From an uncultured Gammaproteobacteria bacterium (lineage in GTDB: Bacteria > Patescibacteriota > Microgenomatia > UBA10105 > UBA927), in contig CAYUUX010000007.1 in NCBI GenBank assembly GCA_964448085.1, forward strand, positions 1 through 38,760: DNA of 38,760 nucleotides. The letters are read 5' to 3'. The position numbers and the translations under genes are program-made. The notes under the pieces are model-generated. The model did no database searches. It was given only the letters and a program-made list of their open reading frames with translations, and was not told the origin of the DNA. How positions within the stretch are numbered: the stretch's first letter is position 1; every line of letters begins with the position of its first letter. This document shows positions 16,372 to 24,920 of this stretch, in pieces.

Positions 16372-17993
16372 AAAAATATTTTGCGCTTATTTGTATTTTG
16401 TTTATAGCCGCAATATTACGGTTGTGGCAGCTCGGAAGTACACCGATTAGTTTGGATTGGGATGAAACGGCACTCGGGTGGAACGCTTATTCGATTCTCA
16501 AAACTGGACGTGATGAATATGGGACAGTTATTCCAATGTCGCTTCGTTCATTTGATGATTATAAGCCGCCGATGTACGTATATCTGACGGTTCCGTCCGT
16601 CGCTGTTTTTGGATTAACGCCTTTTGCAACCAGGTTTCCGTCGGCGATCATGGGCATTGCTGGCGTACTTGGTGTTTTTGTGTTGGGAAGGGAATTATGG
16701 CGAAAAAATAAATATGTTCCGTATGTTGCGGCTTCTCTTCTGGCAATATCGCCATGGCATATTCAGTTTTCACGGGTTGCATTTGAGGCAAACGTCGGAG
16801 TCACATTTCATATTTGGGCAATTACAACATTCCTCATTGCACTGCGGAAAAAAGCGTTATTTCCGATTTCCGCAGTGCTTTTTGGACTTGGTATGTACAC
16901 GTATCATAGCGAGCGAGTATTTTTACCACTGATGCTCTGTTTTCTCTTGGTACTTTTTAGAAAAATAGTATTTAGTAAAGCATATAAAAAGACTCTTATA
17001 TTTGGAATTGTTGCTGGCTTTTTGGTTGTTTTACCACTTCTTCCAGTGTTGTTTGGTAAGAGTGGTATGATGCGGCTTTCAGGAACAAATGCACTTTCCG
17101 ATCAGACAAATCTGCTTGGAAGGACAATTGCAAAGCTTGAATTGGATCAAAAATTAGGGGATAAAATCGGACTATTATTGGATAATCGTCGAATTGTATG
17201 GGTGAAAACCGTTATTGCTGGTTATCTATCGCACTTTTCGTTACGCTGGTTGTTTTTGACACCGGATAATCCAAGACATCATGCGCCGGACATGGGACTA
17301 CTGTATATCTGGGAGCTACCGCTTTTTTTGTACGGTATATATGCTTTGCTTAAATCAAAGGATAAGACGGTTGCTACTTTTATCTTGGGTTGGATGCTTC
17401 TGGCTCCGGTTCCCGCATCCATTACAACCGGGCTGCCTCATTCCGTCCGCACATTAGTATTTTTACCGACATTTCAGCTCATCATTGCGTATGCCACAAT
17501 CGATATCATAAGCAGGACAAAACGGTTTGTGCGATATGGAATCATTAGTATTGGCATGCTTTGTCTCATTGCGAATTGTGTATATTATCTTGACAAATAC
17601 TACGTGCATATGAACAGCGAATATTCCGAATTTTGGCAATACGGGAACAGAGAAGCGGTAGAACGTGCGGAGGCGTTAAAATATAAATATGACAAAGTTG
17701 TCGTGTCAACACAAATAGATCAGGCATATATGTTTTTTCTGTTCTACACGAAGTACGATCCAATAAAATATCTGGCTGAAGGAGGAACGAATTCCGGAAG
17801 TTTTGAAGAAGCACGGAATAAATTCGATAAATACGAGTTTAGAAGAATCGATTGGCCAAAGGAAAAACGGGATGGTTCGATTTTATATATTGGAACATTA
17901 AACGATATGCCTCACGGAAACGTGGCTAATATCATGTATTTAAACGGTAAGCCTGCAATTGAAATGGCGGATGCGCCAAATGGAGGTCAATGA
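16368..17993 (+). CDS. GT-C glycosyltransferase, ArnT/GT83-like 'WDE...DYKPP' subgroup (541 aa)
   Basis: 'SLDWDETALGWNAYSILKTGRDEYG...FDDYKPPM', 'RFPSA', 'SPWHIQFSRVAFEAN'. ATGA overlap with the previous gene. Confidence 0.85.
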   Translation: MKKYFALICILFIAAILRLWQLGSTPISLDWDETALGWNAYSILKTGRDEYGTVIPMSLRSFDDYKPPMYVYLTVPSVAVFGLTPFATRFPSAIMGIAGVLGVFVLGRELWRKNKYVPYVAASLLAISPWHIQFSRVAFEANVGVTFHIWAITTFLIALRKKALFPISAVLFGLGMYTYHSERVFLPLMLCFLLVLFRKIVFSKAYKKTLIFGIVAGFLVVLPLLPVLFGKSGMMRLSGTNALSDQTNLLGRTIAKLELDQKLGDKIGLLLDNRRIVWVKTVIAGYLSHFSLRWLFLTPDNPRHHAPDMGLLYIWELPLFLYGIYALLKSKDKTVATFILGWMLLAPVPASITTGLPHSVRTLVFLPTFQLIIAYATIDIISRTKRFVRYGIISIGMLCLIANCVYYLDKYYVHMNSEYSEFWQYGNREAVERAEALKYKYDKVVVSTQIDQAYMFFLFYTKYDPIKYLAEGGTNSGSFEEARNKFDKYEFRRIDWPKEKRDGSILYIGTLNDMPHGNVANIMYLNGKPAIEMADAPNGGQ

Positions 17994-19498
17994 AAAAAAA
18001 ATTTCGTCTATCACTGTGGTATTTCACTATTGTGCTTGTTTTTTGTTTAATTGCAGCGGTTCCTCGCTCAATTGAGATGATCAGTGGAAATTTTGTATTT
18101 GGATTTGATCAGGGGAAACATTGGCTTGGAGCAAAGGCAATCGTTGTTGATCACAAGTTTCCTTTAATCGGAGATGAGGTTGGGGGGGCGCGTGGTTTTT
18201 TCCAGGGTCCCGGATGGTTTTACTTGTTGTCAGTTCCGTTTGTTATTTTTCATGGTGATCCATACGGAGCGATCGTGCTCATGTTCTTTGTTGGCGTATC
18301 CGTCATAGCGGCATCATACCTTTTGTTTGCTCCGCAATTGGGTCTTTTATCTGGTGCCGGAATAGCGTTGTTGTTGGCAATTTCTCCAACACTTATTTCG
18401 TCATCTCGTTTTGCTTGGCCACCGTTTGTTATTCCCATATTGACCGTCCTATATCTTTTTTGTGTCTACAAGGTTATACAAGGAAAAAAACAATATATTC
18501 CGTGGGTAGCAGGCGCAATTGGTGTCATGGCAAATTTTGAGATAGCGGTAGCGGGTACTATGCTTGTCACGACGGGCGTGTTTTTCCTCATATATGCATG
18601 TAAGAACAAAGTTTCGTTTCGAACAATGCTACTTGCAGGCATAGCGTTTCTTATACCATTATCGCCGCTGATAATTTTTGATCTTCGACATGGTTTCTTA
18701 AACACAAAGGGTGTGTGGCAAACGTTCTTTACGAATGATCGTGGTCCGGCGGTTGCCGTTTCTGGTGCAAAGCTTCTTATGAACCATTACCTGGTTTTTA
18801 AATCGGAAATTTTGGGAGCTTTTCAACTCGGTTACGTGCGTGTCGTTGGTTTTTTGATTATCTGGTTGGCAGGATTTTTGATATTTTTTGATAAAAACTA
18901 TGACAAAGCAAAAAAAACCTTTCTTGGATTTTTATACGCATTTCCGTTGCTGTTATTTATCATATTTATAGGGTATCGAAATGACCTGTGGCCATGGTGG
19001 TTGCTTGAATTACAGGTTTTTGGTTGTTTCTCCTTTGGTATCGTACTTGCATACTTTTTGAAGAAAAGACACGTGATTTGGAAAATTAGTGTCACCATAG
19101 TCATTTTGCTGATGGTTACAAATTTTATTCAAACGTCCGTGCGTTTTTGGAAATATGACTACCCGGATTACGGAGGAGTCGCAAAGATTAAAGGAAAAGT
19201 AGATGCACTTGATTTTATTTTTAAAGACGCTAAAACAAATGATTTTGGATTATTTTTTTTCACACCGCCTATTTATACCTATGCATACGATTTTGTCGCA
19301 TGGTGGAAAGGGACAACTCTTTACGGATACGTGCCGCCTCAGGAAAAGAAATCCGTTTTTTATCTTTTAGCAGAACCCGATCCAGAAAAACCATGGACAT
19401 ATAAAGGATGGATGGAAACAGCAATTGTAGGAGGAAGAATTGTAAATACATGGACATTACCTTCTGGATTTATCGTTCAGAAACGAATTATGGAATAA
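17990..19498 (+). CDS. GT-C membrane glycosyltransferase, 'DQG' subgroup (502 aa)
   Basis: 'FGFDQGKHW...FPLIGDEVGGARGFFQGPGWFYLL', multiple TMs, C-terminal soluble 'F.LFFFTPPIYTYAYDF'. Confidence 0.8.
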   Translation: MKKKFRLSLWYFTIVLVFCLIAAVPRSIEMISGNFVFGFDQGKHWLGAKAIVVDHKFPLIGDEVGGARGFFQGPGWFYLLSVPFVIFHGDPYGAIVLMFFVGVSVIAASYLLFAPQLGLLSGAGIALLLAISPTLISSSRFAWPPFVIPILTVLYLFCVYKVIQGKKQYIPWVAGAIGVMANFEIAVAGTMLVTTGVFFLIYACKNKVSFRTMLLAGIAFLIPLSPLIIFDLRHGFLNTKGVWQTFFTNDRGPAVAVSGAKLLMNHYLVFKSEILGAFQLGYVRVVGFLIIWLAGFLIFFDKNYDKAKKTFLGFLYAFPLLLFIIFIGYRNDLWPWWLLELQVFGCFSFGIVLAYFLKKRHVIWKISVTIVILLMVTNFIQTSVRFWKYDYPDYGGVAKIKGKVDALDFIFKDAKTNDFGLFFFTPPIYTYAYDFVAWWKGTTLYGYVPPQEKKSVFYLLAEPDPEKPWTYKGWMETAIVGGRIVNTWTLPSGFIVQKRIME

Positions 19499-19502
19499 CT
19501 GT

Positions 19503-20801
19503 ATGACGCGAAAGCAAAAGTATAAGAAGCGACTTCAAAGCTTACTGCATTTTCATTGGAAAAAAGAATACTGGTACGTTGTTTGTGCTCTGATACTTTT
19601 CGTCATCTATATCTTTTTCCGGTTTTTCCAGATGAAAGAGAGACTTGCTTTCGGATGGGATCAAACATATGTTTCCTGGAAAGTAAAAGACCTTCTTATA
19701 GATCATAAATACCCGCTTGTTGGCATGCCCGCAAGAGGCAATAGTGGTGTGTTTATCGGTCCAGCTTATTACTATCTGCTTGCTGTTTTTTACGCAGCTT
19801 GGCATCTACACCCGATAGCCGCGGGATACTTTGCAAGCATCTGCAGTGTAATAACAGCTTTTGCGTTATTTTTTACGGTTAAGAAGATGTTTTCGGAAAG
19901 GACCGCATTGTTCACATTGGCAATTACCGCAATATCGGCACATGTGATAGGAGGGGATCGCCTTGCTGGACCGGTTAATTTGATACCACTGACATCAATT
20001 ATGGTGTTTTATCTCTGGTACAGAATTCTATTAGGACAAACAATCTTGTTACCGGCACTTGCAACCGTTATAGGGTTTGCTTTTCATTTACATTTTATGG
20101 CAGGATATTACGTATTCATTTCATTTTTTTGCCTTCCTCTCCTGATCAAGAAAAAGATTTCTTTTACTACTCTAATATTGACGGCTGGTTGTTTTGTCAT
20201 ATGGTTTATTCCGAACATAGCCGCAAATATTCTTAATTCGAATCAACATAGGATAGTCGCAGAAAATTTTCTTGCCACCTCTTATCACGGAATTCACGCG
20301 AGACGCATTCTTCAACTTCTTCCGGATGCGTTTATCGAGTTTGAATCGGTTTTGCTTTTGGGTCGTTTAACTTGGATGCGGTATGTATTCGTGCCAGCTT
20401 TTTTATTGTTTTTTTGGAAAAAAGAAGAGCAGGAAAAAGCGTTATACATTTCGTATCTAACCATATTGTGGTTTGCCGTGCCCTGGTTTGCTCTATCCGT
20501 ATACAAAGGCGAGATTTCAAATTATTATTTCCTTATCACTAGATTTCCGGTACTTTTTATTTGCGGATATATCATAAATAGCTTGGTATCAACAAAAAAA
20601 AGTTATCTCCTTCTTCTTGTATTTTTCGCGTTTTCATTTTTTGTCTGGATGAACATTACACAATTTCTCAGAATGAATGAAAAAACATTTATTAAGCAGG
20701 AAAAAATAGCAAAAGATGCTATCAATACAGGAAGAATGATAGAATTTCATGAGGGGATCACAGAATCATACCTTTTCTATTATTATAGAAATTTCAAATA
20801 G
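19503..20801 (+). CDS. GT-C membrane glycosyltransferase, 'WDQ' subgroup, short C-terminus (432 aa)
   Basis: 'AFGWDQ...YPLVGMPARGNSGVFIGPAYYYLL', multiple TMs. Confidence 0.78.
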   Translation: MTRKQKYKKRLQSLLHFHWKKEYWYVVCALILFVIYIFFRFFQMKERLAFGWDQTYVSWKVKDLLIDHKYPLVGMPARGNSGVFIGPAYYYLLAVFYAAWHLHPIAAGYFASICSVITAFALFFTVKKMFSERTALFTLAITAISAHVIGGDRLAGPVNLIPLTSIMVFYLWYRILLGQTILLPALATVIGFAFHLHFMAGYYVFISFFCLPLLIKKKISFTTLILTAGCFVIWFIPNIAANILNSNQHRIVAENFLATSYHGIHARRILQLLPDAFIEFESVLLLGRLTWMRYVFVPAFLLFFWKKEEQEKALYISYLTILWFAVPWFALSVYKGEISNYYFLITRFPVLFICGYIINSLVSTKKSYLLLLVFFAFSFFVWMNITQFLRMNEKTFIKQEKIAKDAINTGRMIEFHEGITESYLFYYYRNFK

Positions 20802-20807
20802 GCTCAT

Positions 20808-22457
20808 ATGAAAAAGAAGAAAAATATCTCACTTATTATCATATTTTTCGTTATATTGTTACTTCCTCTTATTCCATTATTTCATACAGGACTTCCAGTA
20901 ACCCACGACGGTCAGGATCATGTGGCACGTATAGCAAATTTTTATCAGTCAATTTCTGAAGGGGCGCTCATTCCTCGATGGGCAGGAAATTTAAATTGGG
21001 GATACGGACATCCGATACTCATGTTCTTATATCCGCTTCCGTCCTATGTTGCTTCATTGTTTCATGCATTCGGACTGTCCTTTGTTGACAGCACGAAAGC
21101 TGTGTTTATAACGATGTTTGTTGCAAGTGGGTTATCGATGTATTTATGGTTGACAACCGCATTTGGCAAACGTGCAGGCGTAATTGGTGCAATCCTGTAT
21201 TCGTTTGCACCATATAGATTCGTCGATCTTTCCGTACGGGGTGCAATTGGTGAACACACTGCGTTTGTTTTTCCTCCACTCATTCTTTTTTTCCTCTATA
21301 AATTAGCAAAGGAAAAACAGTTCGGGTGGTATGGAATAGGTTTGAGCGTTTCATTTGCGGGACTGATTCTTTCGCACAACGCACTGCTTCTCATGTTTTT
21401 ACCCATCATCATGCTGTATGGGATGTTTATCTATTTTACCGAAGCTAACCGCTCTATATTGTATCTTGTTAAGTGTTTTGGCTTTGCTTCGCTTGGTATT
21501 GGACTGTCGGCTTTTTTTCTCTTTCCGGCATACCTTGAGGGGAAATACACATTGAGGGATATTGTTACTGATAAGGAATACGCAAGCCGTTTTGTTCCCT
21601 GGACGTGGCTAGTATATTCCCCATGGAATTACGGACAAACTGACACATTTACAAAATCCTTAGGAGTAGGCTTGTGGATGGGAGTTATGTATTCAGTGTA
21701 CTGGATTTGGAAAGTGCGAAAGAAATCAACACGCGTCCTGCTTGTCGCAGGACTTCTTAGTCTCGTCGCCTCCCTTATGATGACGACTGATGTGTCATTG
21801 CCCATTTGGAGAACGGTTTCAATTTTGCAAAAGTTTCAATTCCCATGGCGATTTCTTTCCGTAGCAGTTTTTCTTGCCGCTTTCCTCGGTGCAATAGCAA
21901 TCGAAGAGTTCGCAAAACACAATAAACATACGGATCGATATATTATTTTATTTTGTATTTTAGCTATAGGTTCCACCGTGGGAATGTGGAAACCTAAATC
22001 CTATCAGATGAAACCGGAATCGTTTTATAGTGGCGTATATGAATCGACGACAGACACGGGGGAAAGCAGTCCAATTTGGTCTGTACGATTTATGGAACAC
22101 CGACCGACCGCACATATGGAAATCATATCCGGTTCTGTGACGGTTGCGGAGGTTAAACGTAGTTCAACTGTACATGAATATCTGGTGACAGCAAGCGATT
22201 CTGCACGATTGGTTGAAAACACATTATTCTTTCCCGGTTGGAAGGTATATGTGGATGGCGTTGGAACTGGAATTCAATATCAGGATCCCGCATATCGTGG
22301 ACTTATTACGTTTCGTGTGGCTGAAGGGGTTCATACCGTTCGTATAATATTCGAGGATACCAAATTGCGGAAAGTATCTGATATCATTTCCCTAATATCT
22401 TTTGGTATAGTGATAGCACTTGGATTGGGAACGGCACTATGGAAAAGAAAACAATGA
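20808..22457 (+). CDS. PTPS_related (PF10131-like) GT-C-clan membrane protein (549 aa)
   Basis: 'THDGQDHVARI...IPRWAGNLNWGYGHPILMFLYPLP', 'RGAIGEH', 'QFPWRFL', C-terminal 'FFPGWKVYVDG' domain plus a final TM. Confidence 0.82.
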   Translation: MKKKKNISLIIIFFVILLLPLIPLFHTGLPVTHDGQDHVARIANFYQSISEGALIPRWAGNLNWGYGHPILMFLYPLPSYVASLFHAFGLSFVDSTKAVFITMFVASGLSMYLWLTTAFGKRAGVIGAILYSFAPYRFVDLSVRGAIGEHTAFVFPPLILFFLYKLAKEKQFGWYGIGLSVSFAGLILSHNALLLMFLPIIMLYGMFIYFTEANRSILYLVKCFGFASLGIGLSAFFLFPAYLEGKYTLRDIVTDKEYASRFVPWTWLVYSPWNYGQTDTFTKSLGVGLWMGVMYSVYWIWKVRKKSTRVLLVAGLLSLVASLMMTTDVSLPIWRTVSILQKFQFPWRFLSVAVFLAAFLGAIAIEEFAKHNKHTDRYIILFCILAIGSTVGMWKPKSYQMKPESFYSGVYESTTDTGESSPIWSVRFMEHRPTAHMEIISGSVTVAEVKRSSTVHEYLVTASDSARLVENTLFFPGWKVYVDGVGTGIQYQDPAYRGLITFRVAEGVHTVRIIFEDTKLRKVSDIISLISFGIVIALGLGTALWKRKQ

Positions 22458-23209
22458 AACTATCCGTTGCAATAGCGGTATTTAATGAGGAAAAGACGCT
22501 CGATCAGTGTCTCGCATCTGTGAAAGGATGGGTTGATGAAATCGTAGTTGTTGATGGTGGATCAACGGATAAAACCATTTCCGTTGCCAAGAAATACACG
22601 GACAAAATCATTGAAACGGATAATCCACCAATTTTTCATATTAATAAGCAAAAAGCCCTGGATGCCTGTCGTAGCAATTGGATTTTGCAGCTGGATGCCG
22701 ATGAGGTAATCACTCAGGCTTTGAAAGCCGAGATCCAGGCGGTCGTTTCCTCAACAGTGCCGTACAGCGGATATTATATCCCGAGGAAAAACAATTTTTG
22801 GGGACATTTTATGAAAAAGGGAGGACAGTATCCTGATTATGTTATCCGTCTGATAAAAAAGGGAAAAGCACGACTTCCTTGTAAAAGTGTTCACGAACAG
22901 ATTGTTGTGGATGGCTCTGTTGGATATTTGAAGGAGCCGATGCTCCACTACTCTTACCGTACGAGTAATGATTACTGGAAAAAGGCGGATACATATACCA
23001 CCCTAACTGCGTTATTTATGAAAGAACAGAACGAGAAAAAGAGTTGCAGGAACTGGTATGTATATATGATCTTCAAACCAATAGAAACGTTTTTTCGTAT
23101 ATTTGTACGCCATAAAGGTTTTTTGGATGGATGGTATGGGCTTGTTTTCGCGTATTGGTCTTCGCTGCATTATCCGATAGCATATAAAAAGTACTGCGCG
23201 ATGGTATGA
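22454..23209 (+). CDS. GT2 glycosyltransferase, WaaE/KdtX (beta-1,4-glucosyltransferase-like) subgroup (251 aa)
   Basis: Start re-called at ATG 22454 (ATGA overlap). 'NEEKTLDQCLASV..WVDEIVVVDGGSTDKT', 'WILQLDADE', 'VHEQI', 'KGFLDG..G'. Confidence 0.88.
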   Translation: MKLSVAIAVFNEEKTLDQCLASVKGWVDEIVVVDGGSTDKTISVAKKYTDKIIETDNPPIFHINKQKALDACRSNWILQLDADEVITQALKAEIQAVVSSTVPYSGYYIPRKNNFWGHFMKKGGQYPDYVIRLIKKGKARLPCKSVHEQIVVDGSVGYLKEPMLHYSYRTSNDYWKKADTYTTLTALFMKEQNEKKSCRNWYVYMIFKPIETFFRIFVRHKGFLDGWYGLVFAYWSSLHYPIAYKKYCAMV

Positions 23210-23739
23210 AGAGATTACTCTGTTTATTGGTTTTTTTATTTATTCTAGTGAGAGTGAATATTGTGCGTGCAGAATACATGCTTCCATATCCTTCCTATAT
23301 GCCGGGAAACAAACTGTATAGTGTTTCTAAAATAATTGATTTTTTAAGGAAATACTGGTATTTCGGTAATCTCGCGAAGATAAAATATTATATGGCGCTT
23401 TCGGATAAATTATTAGTCGAAGCAAAAACGCTATTTGAATATAACCAATATGCACTTGCAATGCGTGCTACGATGGAATCGTCAGATGCAATTCTGCAGA
23501 TTCCGAAATATATTGAGGCAGAAAAAGCACAAAAAATTGATATACATCAATTCCAAGCGCTCTTCTGTGAGGAGTTAGTAACCCATCAAACTACAATACA
23601 TGCACTGACAAATAACTTACCACTCTCTTATACGTGGCGGGAAGAAAAAAAGGATGCCGTTGAATTACCGATTCGAGAAATACTCGAGGAGGCTGCAGCC
23701 GTTCGGCGGCTGTTGCAGGAATCCTATCATTGTTTATGA
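23206..23739 (+). CDS. Secreted DUF5667-like helical protein (177 aa)
   Basis: Signal peptide 'MKRLLCLLVFLFILVRVNIVRA', then 'YMLPYPSYMPGNKLY...D.LRKYW.F...AKIKY...LSDK.L.EA', resembling DUF5667. ATGA overlaps on both sides. Confidence 0.65.
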   Translation: MKRLLCLLVFLFILVRVNIVRAEYMLPYPSYMPGNKLYSVSKIIDFLRKYWYFGNLAKIKYYMALSDKLLVEAKTLFEYNQYALAMRATMESSDAILQIPKYIEAEKAQKIDIHQFQALFCEELVTHQTTIHALTNNLPLSYTWREEKKDAVELPIREILEEAAAVRRLLQESYHCL

Positions 23740-24920
23740 AATTGCGTAAAGAAATTCTTCCAAAATTGACATGGTCGATGCTTCTTTTATGGCTTTCATG
23801 GTTTGTAGTTCTACTCACTCTTGTAATATTTTCGTATGGATTTATTGATATGAACCTTCAACTTTCAGTAAACCCATTATTTTTGTATCTGCAAAAACCT
23901 CTTCATACTTTGGTATTTTCCCACCGTCCTTTAACGGCAATAGTGTTTTCCGTTATACTCTTTGCGTTGTTCGGTTTATATGTTTATTTATTTATTGGGG
24001 CAGATCGGATATTTACCTCTTGGAAAGCGATTTTGTGGAGGATTATTTTAACGGGAATCATATTAGTGTTTTCTTACCCTGCTTTTTCCTATGATATTTT
24101 TAATTATTTAACGACTGCGAAAATCGCTTATTTTTATCGGGAAAATCCGTATGTGATTATGCCAACCGAATTTACAGGCGAACCATATCTGGCATTCACA
24201 AGAGCGGCCAATAAAGTTGCTCTTTATGGTCCATTTTGGATTTTGGTTACTGCAATTCCTTATTTCTTGGGAAACGGAAACATTTGGCAAACGATTCTTG
24301 TGTACAAAATAATCAATTTCATCTTATACGCACTTTGTTCATTCCTTATCTACAAAACAACCAGATCAATAAAAAATGTTGTATTTTTTGCATTTAATCC
24401 GTTGGTTCTTATCGAAGTTTTGATTTCATGCCACAATGATGTAATCATGATGTTTCTTATGATGATCGGAGTCGTTATGTGGTATAAAAAGGGCATCACG
24501 AACAGATTGGTCGCGTCGTTTGGGTTCTTGGGTTCATTTTGCATAAAAGGCGCAACGTTAGCCATTGTTCCATTGCTCTTTCTCAAACGATTGCCGTTGA
24601 ATCGTTTGCTTTATTACGCGTATGCATTAATGTCATTTGTGTTATTTGTTGTAGCACCTTTTCGGGAAGAACTATATCCTTGGTATGCAGTTTGGACGAT
24701 TGTTATAGCATCTTTTATGGATATCAAAAAACATTCAACTATTGTATGGTTTAGTATTATCCTTTCACTAGCACTTGAGTTGCGACATATTCCATATATG
24801 TGGATGGGATATTATGAAGGCCCGGGTCCAGTGTTACGCTTTTGGTTAACCATAGTACCCATCCTGATATTTAGTATGATTGTGATAGTTAAGCGCATAT
24901 CGTTAACGAAATCATCATGA
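23736..24920 (+). CDS. GT-C glycosyltransferase, MptA/MptB/GT87-like polyprenol-P-sugar-dependent transferase (394 aa)
   Basis: Start re-called at ATG 23736 (ATGA overlap). 'FSYDIFNY...NPYV..P...YGPFW', 'FAFNPLVLIE.L.S.HND..M', 'IK' motifs recall actinobacterial alpha-mannosyltransferases. Confidence 0.72.
   Translation: MKLRKEILPKLTWSMLLLWLSWFVVLLTLVIFSYGFIDMNLQLSVNPLFLYLQKPLHTLVFSHRPLTAIVFSVILFALFGLYVYLFIGADRIFTSWKAILWRIILTGIILVFSYPAFSYDIFNYLTTAKIAYFYRENPYVIMPTEFTGEPYLAFTRAANKVALYGPFWILVTAIPYFLGNGNIWQTILVYKIINFILYALCSFLIYKTTRSIKNVVFFAFNPLVLIEVLISCHNDVIMMFLMMIGVVMWYKKGITNRLVASFGFLGSFCIKGATLAIVPLLFLKRLPLNRLLYYAYALMSFVLFVVAPFREELYPWYAVWTIVIASFMDIKKHSTIVWFSIILSLALELRHIPYMWMGYYEGPGPVLRFWLTIVPILIFSMIVIVKRISLTKSS

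Noticed and set aside
22454-23209. LPS core biosynthesis implied by the WaaE/KdtX-like GT2 and ArnT-like genes
   Set aside because: No lpx, kds, waaA/C/F, waaL or arnA-D genes are in the window; subfamily resemblance does not fix the acceptor.
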